64,000 nt of DNA from positions 1,536,001-1,600,000 of the forward strand of contig OY759353.1 in assembly GCA_963662315.1 (NCBI GenBank), read 5' to 3'. Every line of letters starts with the position of its first letter. Position 1 is the stretch's first letter. Both the position numbers and the translations under genes were made by a program. Under the pieces are notes generated by a model. That model was not told where the DNA came from. It did no database searches and saw nothing but the letters and a program-made list of their open reading frames with translations. Source of the stretch: Geopsychrobacteraceae bacterium. Lineage in GTDB: Bacteria; Desulfobacterota; Desulfuromonadia; Desulfuromonadales; Geopsychrobacteraceae. Below, one piece after another: positions 50,683-62,882 of this stretch.

Positions 50683-52635
50683 TTATGCCCCAAACTTAAT
50701 CCAGGCTTCCTTACCATAAGGAATGGACTTGCCCGCAGCAGGATACTGATCTACAGCATGTCCGCTTCCGGAAAGTTTGAGGTTCAGCTTCTTTTCCTGC
50801 ATCGCTCTTAATACCTGGCGATAACTCATGCCCTTGAAATTTGGCATTATCAAACCATCATTCTCAGCAACATCCGGCAGCAAAGGCACCAAGTCCGGGA
50901 GCGGTTCAATATTTGTCATATCCTTAGCCAAGGCTTCAACCGAGCCTTTAGGTAACACGTTAAGATGGCTCAGGGCTTGTCCAGCCACGTGGGAAAAGAC
51001 CGGTGCCGCTACGACACCGCCATAGGTGTCGCCTTTGGGCTCATCAATGACCACAGCCATGACGATTGCCGGATTATCAGCAGGGACAAAACCAACGAAA
51101 GAAGAGACCCTTTTATCAATGGAGTAGCCACCGGTGACAGGATCAACCTTCTGAGCGGTTCCGGTTTTGCCTGCGACAGCGTAACCCGGCACTGCAGCCT
51201 TGGTCCCTGTCCCCCCGGCCTCGGTTACACTTACCAGCATATCCCTGATCAGACCGGCGTTTTTTTCTGAAATGACCCGGTGCCTGACTTCCGGTAAATG
51301 TTGTGAAACCACATGACCTTCGTCATCGGTCACTTTTTCAACAAGATACGGTTCAACCAACAGGCCGCCATTGGCAAAGACTGCCGTTGCCGTCACCAGT
51401 TGAATCGGGGTAATGCTTAACGCCTGCCCAAACGAAATAGCCGCAAGATCAATTTCAAACCAGTCAGAAGGTCCCCTCAGTAATCCCCCGGCCTCTCCGG
51501 GCAGATCGATGCCGGTCTTTTCTCCAAAACCAAAATCGCGGATATACTGATAAAGACGCTCCCGTTCCAGAGCCTTGCCGATCTTCGCAATACCAATATT
51601 GCTACTGAACTTCAGGATTTCTTCGACACTCAGTTTTTTATATTTTTTATGGTCGTGGATGGTTTTTCCACCGACCGTGTAGCGTCCATTTTCGCAATAG
51701 ATCTTCTGCCCGACTCGTACCAACCCTTCTTCAAGGGCGCCCGCCAGCACAAACGGCTTAAATGTGGATCCAGGCTCATACATGTCGGTCACCGCCCTGT
51801 CACGCCGGGCACTGGCACGATATTTTCCCGGCATATTCGGGTTGTAATCGGGATAACTGGCTAGGGCCAAAATGCGACCACTGGCTGGTTCCATCATAAC
51901 GATCGTTCCACCAGCAGCACCATTTTCCTTGACCGTTTGCTTAAGCTCTTTTTCAGCGACAAACTGCAGGGAACGATCGAGGGTCAGAAACAGATTATTC
52001 CCGGGCTGCCCCCCCTGGACTGATTGCTCCTCAGAGGCCAGGCCACGCCCGCGGGCATCATGAAAGGTATGCAGGCGACCAGGTTCCCCCTGCAAGGCCT
52101 GATCATACTCCAGCTCGATCCCTTCCAGCCCGTTAGGATCAAGACCGGTGAAGCCGAGCACGTGTGATGCGGTATTGGCTTGAGGATAATAACGCTTACG
52201 TTCAGTGACAAAATGCAGACCGTCAATTTTCAAATCTTTGATCTGCTTGGCCAAGGCAGGTTCCATCTTACGCTGCAACCAGACGAAACGCTTCTTGCCA
52301 CTAAGTTGTTTGGTTATTTCTTTTTGGGGGCTATCGAGTAGTGGGGCCAGCTTAGCAGCTGCATCAGCGGGATCCTTCACCAGCACCGGGTCGGCATATA
52401 AAGATTCAGCAGCAAGACTGACGGCCAGAGGATCCCCATTGCGATCAAAAATACTGCCACGCTGAGGAGCCAGCTTAACAACACGGGAGCGCTGCTGATC
52501 AGCCCGCTCCTGCAGCTCTGGAGCATGAACTATCTGCAAAAAACACGCACGACTGACCACGGCAACAAACAGCAGGACAAAAAACACCGCAAAGATACGG
52601 ATACGGATCTGAATACCGCGTTCCGTTAACGCCAT
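50683..52635 (-). CDS. ftsI: Penicillin-binding protein 3 with C-terminal PASTA domain
   Basis: RGSIFDRNG, EPGSTFK (SxxK), SSN, KTGT. Confidence 0.95.
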   Translation of the reverse strand: MALTERGIQIRIRIFAVFFVLLFVAVVSRACFLQIVHAPELQERADQQRSRVVKLAPQRGSIFDRNGDPLAVSLAAESLYADPVLVKDPADAAAKLAPLLDSPQKEITKQLSGKKRFVWLQRKMEPALAKQIKDLKIDGLHFVTERKRYYPQANTASHVLGFTGLDPNGLEGIELEYDQALQGEPGRLHTFHDARGRGLASEEQSVQGGQPGNNLFLTLDRSLQFVAEKELKQTVKENGAAGGTIVMMEPASGRILALASYPDYNPNMPGKYRASARRDRAVTDMYEPGSTFKPFVLAGALEEGLVRVGQKIYCENGRYTVGGKTIHDHKKYKKLSVEEILKFSSNIGIAKIGKALERERLYQYIRDFGFGEKTGIDLPGEAGGLLRGPSDWFEIDLAAISFGQALSITPIQLVTATAVFANGGLLVEPYLVEKVTDDEGHVVSQHLPEVRHRVISEKNAGLIRDMLVSVTEAGGTGTKAAVPGYAVAGKTGTAQKVDPVTGGYSIDKRVSSFVGFVPADNPAIVMAVVIDEPKGDTYGGVVAAPVFSHVAGQALSHLNVLPKGSVEALAKDMTNIEPLPDLVPLLPDVAENDGLIMPNFKGMSYRQVLRAMQEKKLNLKLSGSGHAVDQYPAAGKSIPYGKEAWIKFGA

Positions 52636-52636
52636 A

Positions 52637-52954
52637 TCAGTCGACCCTTATCACTTGTCCAGGAGTGGGCGGGCGCAAGCCCAACTTGGTACGAGCAAGA
52701 CGTTCAATGCGCTCAACGCGTGATTGATAAGCCACCTCTAGCGTCATTTCCCGAATTACCTGCTGTTCGCTACGGATATTACGCTCCAGGCTGGATATTT
52801 CATACTCAAGGTTTATGGCATGGATACGTGACCAGACAAACAGCAGTGCCAACGATGACACCAGGACAATAGCCACCATGACCGGCAGCAATCGTGGCCG
52901 GCAAAGAGAAAATCCATCTATCTTAACTGTAGTTTGAGGCAAGACCTGCGACAT
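52637..52954 (-). CDS. ftsL: Cell division protein FtsL
   Basis: Single TM plus coiled coil, ERIERLAR.KLGL; between rsmH and ftsI. Confidence 0.88.
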   Translation of the reverse strand: MSQVLPQTTVKIDGFSLCRPRLLPVMVAIVLVSSLALLFVWSRIHAINLEYEISSLERNIRSEQQVIREMTLEVAYQSRVERIERLARTKLGLRPPTPGQVIRVD

Positions 52955-52990
52955 TTCACGCCCCCTTTCTATGTTATGCCACTTCACAAT

Positions 52991-53932
52991 TCAGCAGCGT
53001 TCAACTGCTCTTAAAACCGCACTACGCGCACGGACATTCATTTCAATCTCCGCTTCACTTGCCTTAACCCCTTTACGGGTTAAAACTTTTACTTCGGGGA
53101 TTATGTTACACTGACAGATCGGCAGGCGTGGCGGGCAAATACACCCCTTTGCCTTATCACGAAACAATCGTTTTACAATCCGATCCTCCAAAGAATGAAA
53201 ACTGATTACAACCAGGCGCCCCCCGGGGTTAAGCAGTTCAATACCGGCCAGCACCCCTCGCTCCACTTGCCCCAGTTCATCATTGACCGCAATCCTCAGC
53301 GCCTGAAAAACCCGGGTAGCAGGATGAATTCGGCTGGGTCGCCGCCCTCCCGGTACGTTATCTCGTACCAACTCAGCCAACTCACCGGTACGCAGCAGTG
53401 GTTCCTGCACGCGGCGGGACAGAATTGCCCGCACAATACGCCGGCTGAAACGTTCTTCCCCATACTCAAAGAAGATTTTGACCAGCTCATCCTCTTCCCA
53501 GGTATTCAGGATATCGGCGGCTGTCAACCCGGCAGTCGGGTTCATTCGCATATCAAGAGGAGCATCGAAACGAAACGAAAAACCCCGTTCAGGAGTATCC
53601 AGCTGATGAGAGGACACGCCCAGATCAAGCAACATACCATCGATCCCGGACAACCCTAACCCACGCACGACAGCAGCCGCCTGATCAAAGGTTGCATGGT
53701 TAAGACTGATACGCTCAGCATACGGCGCAAGAACCTTGCCGGCAGCCGCCAATGCGGCGGGATCACGATCCAGCCCTATCAGCCGGGCCCCGGGAGCAGC
53801 ATCAAGGATCAGTCGCGCGTGGCCGGCGCCACCAAGGGTCCCGTCAAGATACCAGCCCTCCGACCGAGGAGCTAACCACTGCAACACCTCCTGCGGCATG
53901 ACCGACAGATGAGAAAACGCTCCGTTTGTCAT
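52991..53932 (-). CDS. rsmH: 16S rRNA m4C1402 methyltransferase
   Basis: DGTLGGAGH, DLGVSS.QLD..ERGFSF, FQALRIAVN, FHSLEDR. Confidence 0.97.
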   Translation of the reverse strand: MTNGAFSHLSVMPQEVLQWLAPRSEGWYLDGTLGGAGHARLILDAAPGARLIGLDRDPAALAAAGKVLAPYAERISLNHATFDQAAAVVRGLGLSGIDGMLLDLGVSSHQLDTPERGFSFRFDAPLDMRMNPTAGLTAADILNTWEEDELVKIFFEYGEERFSRRIVRAILSRRVQEPLLRTGELAELVRDNVPGGRRPSRIHPATRVFQALRIAVNDELGQVERGVLAGIELLNPGGRLVVISFHSLEDRIVKRLFRDKAKGCICPPRLPICQCNIIPEVKVLTRKGVKASEAEIEMNVRARSAVLRAVERC

Positions 53933-53934
53933 AA

Positions 53935-54387
53935 TCAGAACCCGAGATCCGCTTGCCCCTGAGCATCCCCAGCCAGCAAGTCTTCAGATTCCGCAACAAT
54001 GTCAGCATGGGTCTGCTGACTCCAGATTTCGATCTTCTCAAACATACCAACAATAACTGCCGTTTCCTTATCACCAGCAAGCCCGGCATACTCACGCAGG
54101 GACTGGGGCAACTGGATCCGTCCCTGAGCATTAAATGTACATTCTTTGGCGGGTGCTATACGGTTGCGTAAATTGGCATCCCGAATCGGACCGCGTGGCA
54201 AGGCCAGAACGTTTGCCCTGATTTCTGCCCAGCGCCTGGGCGGATAAGCAACCAGCCCTTTATCCTGTCGCGTTACAATAAGGCTGTCCGTCTGGTACTC
54301 ATCACGCAGCTCATCCCTGAACTGAGCCGGAACACTGACTCGCCCTTTGGAATCGATACTGACGTTAAATTCACCAGAAAAATTCAT
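53935..54387 (-). CDS. mraZ: Transcriptional regulator MraZ
   Basis: IDSKGRVSVP and NAQGRIQLP repeats, IEIW; first gene of dcw. Confidence 0.93.
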   Translation of the reverse strand: MNFSGEFNVSIDSKGRVSVPAQFRDELRDEYQTDSLIVTRQDKGLVAYPPRRWAEIRANVLALPRGPIRDANLRNRIAPAKECTFNAQGRIQLPQSLREYAGLAGDKETAVIVGMFEKIEIWSQQTHADIVAESEDLLAGDAQGQADLGF

Positions 54388-54414
54388 TTGACACCCATTG
54401 ACACAATTTGACAC
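54388..54414 (-). promoter_or_regulatory. Three 10-bp-periodic direct repeats (GTGTCAA), putative MraZ operator
   Basis: TTGACAC on the plus strand at 54388, 54398 and 54408, between the promoter and the mraZ ATG. Confidence 0.8.
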
Positions 54415-54426
54415 CAATTTTTAAAA

Positions 54427-54455
54427 AATATAGCTGTCGAAAGCATGACTGTCAA
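54427..54455 (-). promoter_or_regulatory. sigma70 promoter of the dcw cluster (Pmra)
   Basis: Minus strand TTGACA-17 nt-TATATT. Confidence 0.85.
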
Positions 54456-54849
54456 GGAGAAACCATAGATAACAACAGGAAAGAGGAAGGAGAAAAACAT
54501 GGCATGACAGGGACTTGCAGTTCCCGCAGCCAAAACCAGGCTAAGATCATCAGAACTAACGAATATCTATGAACAAATCAAATTATTCCCAGATAAAGCA
54601 GGTGTCGGTTCCCACGGAAGAGCAATTTTGAGTGATGTGTAAGAGAGGTTTGCTCAGCCAGAAAACCGACCGAAACATAAAGAAGAAATAAAACTCAAAA
54701 AGAAGATCCAAATTAGAAACGTGCCAGAAGGATTAACAATAAATTAAAGTGCTCGACATCCCCTTGTGCTCATCTTTGCCTTAAAAAAGCGGTCTCCTGC
54801 AAAAAAACAGCACGAGCCAAAGACAAGAGGAGAGCTGGCAGCGGATGTC

Positions 54850-56115
54850 CTACTCAACAGCCTCATGTTCCGTAGAAACATGCATTTCAACCTCTTCAAT
54901 GCGCCGCTCCTCCATACGCAGAATACGAAACCGCAGCGCCCCTTCTTCACAGGAATCCCCTTCTACCGGGATTCTCCCCATGATCTGCAGCAGATGCCCA
55001 GCCAGGGTTGTGACATGTTCTTCAGCCAGGGACAAATTAAAGCGCCGGTTAAATTCGCGTAAAGGCATAGATGCATCAAGCAGGTAGTGCCCCTTGCCAA
55101 GTTCTTTGAAGTCAACCTCTGCAACATCATATTCATCGTGAATTTCGCCGACAATTTCTTCAACAACATCTTCGAGGGTTACAATCCCTTCAACACCACC
55201 GTACTCATCAACAACGATAGCAAGATGTTCTCGCTTTTTACGAAAACTCTGCAGCAATACGGCAATCCGCTTCGATTCAGGAACATAATACGGCACCCGG
55301 CACAGGTCCTTGAGGTTGAACCGTTCAGGAGATCCGGTATAACCGACCACATCCTTAGCATGAACAACCCCAACCAGACTGTCTACATTCTCACTGTAAA
55401 CCGGAAAGCGACTGTGGCGGGTTTCCCGCAACGTTGCCATGACCTGCTGAAAGGTTGCCGACACATCCAATCCGACAACCTCAGTACGCGGAATCATGAC
55501 ATCGCGCACGCGGGTTTCCGACAAATCAAAAATACCATGCAGCATACGTCGCTGCTCAGCAGCAACGACACCGGTTTCTTCACCAACCTCAATCATGGCC
55601 TTGATTTCATCTTCCGAAACCGAAAAAGTCTCAGCATCTTTCTTTCGAATAAAACTGGTTATAAAGCGGGACAAGGAAGAAACAACCAGAATCAGGGGGC
55701 TGAGAATCCAGAGAAGCCCTCTAATAGGGGTCAATACCTTAAAGGAGACCTTTTCTGGATATTGTGCGGAATAAGTCTTGGGACAAACTTCAGAAAAAAT
55801 AAGCAGCACCGGTGTCAATATCAGCACAGTGAGCCATTCGCCATCATCACCAAACCAGATACTGAACAAACCTGTCGCGATAACAGAGGCAGCAATATTG
55901 ACAATATTGTTACCGACCAGAATGCCGCTCAGCAAGCGGTCGGGATTATCCAGCAAAGTTACAAGCTTATCGGCACCGGGCACCTCTTTCTGCTGGAGAA
56001 ACCGAACCCGCAGCTTATCCAGTGCCAACAATGCTGTCTCCGATCCGGAAAAAAAGCCGGAAAAACAGAGTAAAAAGAAGAGTGCCAGTAGTCTCCAGGT
56101 TGTTTCGTCAGTCAT
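54850..56115 (-). CDS. CNNM (DUF21)-CBS-CorC/HlyC family Mg/Co transport protein
   Basis: FFSGSETAL, ILVGNN, SEVCPK, VMIPR, HSRFPVY, VVDEYGG..GIVTLED. Confidence 0.92.
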   Translation of the reverse strand: MTDETTWRLLALFFLLCFSGFFSGSETALLALDKLRVRFLQQKEVPGADKLVTLLDNPDRLLSGILVGNNIVNIAASVIATGLFSIWFGDDGEWLTVLILTPVLLIFSEVCPKTYSAQYPEKVSFKVLTPIRGLLWILSPLILVVSSLSRFITSFIRKKDAETFSVSEDEIKAMIEVGEETGVVAAEQRRMLHGIFDLSETRVRDVMIPRTEVVGLDVSATFQQVMATLRETRHSRFPVYSENVDSLVGVVHAKDVVGYTGSPERFNLKDLCRVPYYVPESKRIAVLLQSFRKKREHLAIVVDEYGGVEGIVTLEDVVEEIVGEIHDEYDVAEVDFKELGKGHYLLDASMPLREFNRRFNLSLAEEHVTTLAGHLLQIMGRIPVEGDSCEEGALRFRILRMEERRIEEVEMHVSTEHEAVE

Positions 56116-56347
56116 CCTTACCCCAGAATAGAAATCAAAAGAATCATAGTGTTGCAGGCACTATGAAAAGCATAGCAAAAACATGACATTTCGGACGGAG
56201 TTTAGCCTAATTTCAGCAAAAGAGAAAGCCCTCGGATTGAATGAATAAGCCGAGCATGATATAAGCCCTATTCAATCAAAAAAAACAACTGTTAGTTTCC
56301 CGCGCCGCACCGGCTTTTTTTCTTCACGCGGCTATAGGATCAGATAG

Positions 56348-58665
<2,318 letters not shown>

Positions 58666-58678
58666 ATCCGTAAACAAA

Positions 58679-59509
58679 CTATCCGTTCTGTTGTTTTCGC
58701 CGAAACCGGTTTTGATGCAGCTCCTGACGGTGCAGAATGACGCCGGTGATGATTATGCCGCTGGAAACCACCAGCAGAATGACGCACGCAAGAGCATTAA
58801 TGACCGGGCTGACACCAAGTCTGACACTCGAATAAACCACCATCGGCAGAGTCGTTGCACCAGGCCCTGAAACAAAGCTGGCGATAACCAAGTCATCCAA
58901 AGACAGCGTAAACGCGAGCAGCCAGCCAGCAATAATAGCCGGTGCGATAACCGGCAGGGTAATCTGGGCAAATACCTTCCAGGGCCTGGCTCCCAGGTCC
59001 ATGGCGGCCTCTTCTAATGAGATATCCATATCGACTAGACGGGACTGAACAATGACAGTCACATAAGCAGAACTGAAGGTAACATGGGCAATCAGAATAG
59101 TTGCCATCCCTCGCGACGCAGGCCAGCCCAACAATTGCTGCATCCCGACAAACAATAACAGTGTAGAAAGACCCAGAATGACATCCGGCATTACCAAGGG
59201 AGCGCCGACCATGCCAGTCAAATAACCACGGCCCTGGAAACGCCCGAAGCGCGCCAGGGAGAACCCAGCAAACAATCCGAGAATAACCGCCAACGTCGCG
59301 TTAAGCGCAGCTATTTTAAGACTTAACCAGGCTGCGGAAAGAATCTGCTCATCATGTAGCAACTCGCCATACCAATGTCCCGAAAAGCCACCCCAGACCG
59401 TCACCAGGCGCGATTTATTAAACGAATAGACAATCAGAGAAACTATGGGGCCATACAGAAAAGCGTACCCCATTGCCAGCATGCTGAAGAGAAACCACGG
59501 TCTGCGCAT
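58679..59509 (-). CDS. potI: Putrescine/polyamine ABC permease
   Basis: YSFNKSRLVTVWGGFS, LEEAAMDLGA, LSLDD; TAATG overlap with potH. Confidence 0.88.
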   Translation of the reverse strand: MRRPWFLFSMLAMGYAFLYGPIVSLIVYSFNKSRLVTVWGGFSGHWYGELLHDEQILSAAWLSLKIAALNATLAVILGLFAGFSLARFGRFQGRGYLTGMVGAPLVMPDVILGLSTLLLFVGMQQLLGWPASRGMATILIAHVTFSSAYVTVIVQSRLVDMDISLEEAAMDLGARPWKVFAQITLPVIAPAIIAGWLLAFTLSLDDLVIASFVSGPGATTLPMVVYSSVRLGVSPVINALACVILLVVSSGIIITGVILHRQELHQNRFRRKQQNG

Positions 59510-60516
59510 TACGCCTCCCCTGCCCTTTCCCGTGACGCATCTGAACGGTCCTGAACCCGCTGAAACAGAATCATCGGCACAACCAGAAGCAGTAGCAGCA
59601 TCACAGCAACTGCAGCCGCCACCGGCCAATCCCGGTTATTGAAGAATTCCGTCCACAAAATTTTTCCGATCATCAGACTGTCTGGTCCGCCGAGCAGATC
59701 AGGAATAACAAACTCTCCGACCGCTGGAATAAAAACCAGCAGGCTGCCGGCGATAACCCCTGGCAGCGACAAGGGGAAGGTGACCCGCCAAAAGGCAGAC
59801 AACGGTCGACAACCCAAATCTTCGGCGGCTTCAAGCAGGCTGTTGTCCAGCTTGACCAGGTTGGCGTAAAGGGGAAGTACCATGAAGGGCAGATAGGAAT
59901 AGACAATACCAATATATACAGCAATATCACTGTGGAGCAGCACCAACGGGTGCTCAATCAGGCCAAGCCAGAGCAGAATATTGTTGATCAGCCCATTGTT
60001 TTTCAACAGACCGATCCAGGCATAAACGCGAATCAGAAAACTGGTCCAGAACGGCAAAATAACCAGCATCAACAGTACCAGCCGCCAGGGAGACCGTACC
60101 CGGCAGATCCCCAGCGCCATAGGATAACCCACCAGCAGGGTAAGCAAAGTTGCTATTCCCGCCACTTTGACCGAATTCAGAAAAGCGCTTATATATAAAC
60201 TGTCCTCAAACAATAACAGGTAATTGCCAAGATTCAGTCGCAGTTCCAGCAAACCGTCGTGCGACCAGCGCAACAGATTGGTGAAGGGAGGCAGGGCCAG
60301 CAGCGACTCGGCAAAACTTATTTTCAGGACAAACAGAAACGGAGCCAAAAAAAAGATACTGAACCAGATAATCGGCACCACAATGACCAGAGTGCGTCCA
60401 CGCAAGCTGCGAGCAATCCCCTGCACCCTGGGCCAGATAAGCAAATTGGAAAACCACAGCCAGAACCGCCCGAAAAGAGTTTGCGATATACCATCAGCAC
60501 CACTGTGGCGTCTCAT
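59509..60516 (-). CDS. potH: Putrescine/polyamine ABC permease
   Basis: PFWTSFLIRVYAW, LLEAAEDLG, EFFNNRDWP. Confidence 0.88.
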   Translation of the reverse strand: MRRHSGADGISQTLFGRFWLWFSNLLIWPRVQGIARSLRGRTLVIVVPIIWFSIFFLAPFLFVLKISFAESLLALPPFTNLLRWSHDGLLELRLNLGNYLLLFEDSLYISAFLNSVKVAGIATLLTLLVGYPMALGICRVRSPWRLVLLMLVILPFWTSFLIRVYAWIGLLKNNGLINNILLWLGLIEHPLVLLHSDIAVYIGIVYSYLPFMVLPLYANLVKLDNSLLEAAEDLGCRPLSAFWRVTFPLSLPGVIAGSLLVFIPAVGEFVIPDLLGGPDSLMIGKILWTEFFNNRDWPVAAAVAVMLLLLLVVPMILFQRVQDRSDASRERAGEA

Positions 60517-61655
60517 GTTTCAAGCACCACGCCACTGGTTGCATGCCAGCTCAAATAAACCTGCTGATCCCAAGTCGGGCCGGGATTCTCGACCCTGTTC
60601 CGGTTGGTCAATTGTGCCTGTAAAATTTTGCCCGTATCCGTGCGAATGTGGTAAATCGAAATATCCCCCAAATAGGCAATTTCTGATACCACTCCCGTCA
60701 GCGCATTTACTCCGGATTTATTACTTGCGGAAGCCTCTCGCAGCAGAACTTTTTCCGGACGCAGGGCGACAGCGACTGAAGCTCCAATATCCATTGGTTT
60801 GTGATGCTGGACAAACAACTCGCAAGCATACTCGTCACTATAGATGGTCAGTCCTTCGTCACTAACAGACTGAACCCTTCCCTCGACAACATTTGCCGCA
60901 CCGACAAATTCGGCAATAAAACGGGAGGCAGGATATTCATAAATATAGGTCGGGGTCCCCAGCTGGTCAATAATACCGTTATTCATCACCGCCATGCGTG
61001 TCGACATGGTCATCGCTTCTTCCTGATCATGGGTGACCATAACAAAGGTGATTCCCAATTTTTCCTGAATGTTAACCAATTCGAACTGAGTATGCTCGCG
61101 CAATTTTTTATCCAGAGCTCCCAGAGGTTCATCAAGCAGCAGAATTTTTGGTCGTTTGACCAAGGCCCTCGCCAAAGCCACTCGTTGCCTCTGGCCACCA
61201 GATAACTGATCCGGCTTACGCTTGGCATACTCCACCATTTTGACCAGAGTCAAGACCTCCTCAACCCGCTGTTGAATCTCATATTTGGAAAGTTTTTCCT
61301 GGCGCAGGCCAAAACCAATATTCTTTTCAACATTCATATGCGGAAACAGGGCATACGATTGAAACATCATATTAACTGGCCGCTCGTAGGGGGGCATTTC
61401 AGTAATATCGACATCATCAATAAAAATGCGGCCACTGGTAGGGCGCTCAAAACCTCCCAACATGCGTAACAGAGTCGTCTTGCCACACCCCGAAGACCCC
61501 AACAGGGAAAAAAATTCCCCTTCGTAGATGGCCAGGCTAAGATTATCTACCGCATAGGTATCACCAAATATTTTGCTGACCCCTTCAATACGAACCAGAG
61601 GCTTGGCATTAACATCTTGCCAGGGCTCATAGCGTTTATTATCCACTCCCGCCAT
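60513..61655 (-). CDS. potG: Putrescine/polyamine ABC ATP-binding protein
   Basis: GSSGCGKT, PPYERPVNMMFQSYALFPH, LSGGQ, THDQEEA. Confidence 0.88.
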   Translation of the reverse strand: MAGVDNKRYEPWQDVNAKPLVRIEGVSKIFGDTYAVDNLSLAIYEGEFFSLLGSSGCGKTTLLRMLGGFERPTSGRIFIDDVDITEMPPYERPVNMMFQSYALFPHMNVEKNIGFGLRQEKLSKYEIQQRVEEVLTLVKMVEYAKRKPDQLSGGQRQRVALARALVKRPKILLLDEPLGALDKKLREHTQFELVNIQEKLGITFVMVTHDQEEAMTMSTRMAVMNNGIIDQLGTPTYIYEYPASRFIAEFVGAANVVEGRVQSVSDEGLTIYSDEYACELFVQHHKPMDIGASVAVALRPEKVLLREASASNKSGVNALTGVVSEIAYLGDISIYHIRTDTGKILQAQLTNRNRVENPGPTWDQQVYLSWHATSGVVLET

Positions 61656-61660
61656 CGCTA

Positions 61661-62752
61661 TCAGTGGCCTGTCTTGATACGGGTCCAGGTTCTGGTTTTC
61701 AACCGTTGAACTTTGTTCGGAATTTCATGCGGTACAACCAGACGTTGCCGCACCTCCGCAGGAGGATAGATGCCAGCATCCTCACGAATGTCGGCGTTAA
61801 GCAATGCAGTCGCATCCTTGTTGGGATTGGCGTAGGCAACATAATTAGTGACATTGGCAATCACGTGCGGATCGAGCAGGTAATTGATAAATGCATAAGC
61901 TTGCTGCGGGTGCGGTGCATCAATAGGAATAGCCATAACATCGACCCACATAACGGCCCCTTCTTTGGGGAGACTGTAAACAACCGGAACCTTCTGACCC
62001 GCCTCTGCGGCACGATCACGAGACTGCAAAACATCACCAGAATAGCCATGCGCAACACAAATATCACCATTGGCCAGATCATTTATATACTGGGAAGAAT
62101 GAAAATAACGCACAAAGGGTCTGATTTCGTTAATCAAAACCGTTGCCGCGTCAATGTCTGCACTATTCGTCGTATTGGCATCTTTCCCCAGGTAAATTAA
62201 CGCTGCAGCAAAAACCTCCTGCTCGTCATCCAGAAGAACCAATCCACAAGAGGACAGTTTTTCAGCATTGTGCCGATCAAAGATAAGAGCCCAGGAATTA
62301 ACCGGTGCGTCGGCACCAAGGACTGCTTTAACCTTGTCAGCATTATAGCCGATGCCCGTGGTTCCCCACATATAAGGCACCAGGTATTTATTATCCGGAT
62401 CAGTCGCCTCAAGCAATTTCAGTAACGCTGCATCGAGATGTTCATAGTTTGGCAGCTGGGTCTTATCGAGAGAAGCATACAAACCGGAAACGATATGACG
62501 CCCGGCAAACGGATGAGCCGAAGGAAAAACGACATCATAACCAGTTCGACCAGCAAACAGTTTTGCCTCAAGGGTCTCATTCGCATCGTAAACATCATAA
62601 ACGACATTAATCCCCGTTGCGGAGGTAAAATTATCGATAGTATCTTCAGCCACATAATCGGACCAGTTATAAACATGGACAACAGGTGCATCAGCCGCAA
62701 ATGAAACAGCAGTGGTAAGCAACAGGGCAATCAACAGAAGCAGACTTCTCAC
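61661..62752 (-). CDS. potF: Putrescine/polyamine ABC substrate-binding protein
   Basis: Signal peptide, YNWSDY, PYMWGTTGIGYN, YFHSSQYINDLANGDIC. Confidence 0.88.
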   Translation of the reverse strand: MRSLLLLIALLLTTAVSFAADAPVVHVYNWSDYVAEDTIDNFTSATGINVVYDVYDANETLEAKLFAGRTGYDVVFPSAHPFAGRHIVSGLYASLDKTQLPNYEHLDAALLKLLEATDPDNKYLVPYMWGTTGIGYNADKVKAVLGADAPVNSWALIFDRHNAEKLSSCGLVLLDDEQEVFAAALIYLGKDANTTNSADIDAATVLINEIRPFVRYFHSSQYINDLANGDICVAHGYSGDVLQSRDRAAEAGQKVPVVYSLPKEGAVMWVDVMAIPIDAPHPQQAYAFINYLLDPHVIANVTNYVAYANPNKDATALLNADIREDAGIYPPAEVRQRLVVPHEIPNKVQRLKTRTWTRIKTGH

Positions 62753-62882
62753 GGCAGACCTCCTATAACAACAGCGTGAATATGGAAAAACGACGGCAAA
62801 GCCTTTTTTGTATAAGTTGATAGAGACAAAGAAGTCAAACTCTTATGCCAATATTTATTTTTTTGACACAAAGCTAACAAAG

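Noticed and set aside
54388..54414. Periodic repeats as a CRISPR array or iterons
   Set aside because: Only 7-bp units with 3-bp spacers, better explained as MraZ boxes; no cas or rep genes.
54712..54727. sigma54-like TGGCACG on the minus strand
   Set aside because: The -12 TTGC element is missing (TAAT at that position).
54460..54850. Possible rnpB or other ncRNA upstream of mraZ
   Set aside because: I found no GAGGAAAGTCC or other RNase P hallmarks on either strand and no convincing stable structure.
59510..59629. Cys-rich N-terminal extension of potI, and similar extensions of ftsZ, murC, murG, ftsW, murD, ychF, mraZ and the 18972 ATPase
   Set aside because: Artefacts of longest-ORF calling that run into upstream genes or UTRs; downstream starts fit RBS, overlaps or family N-termini better.
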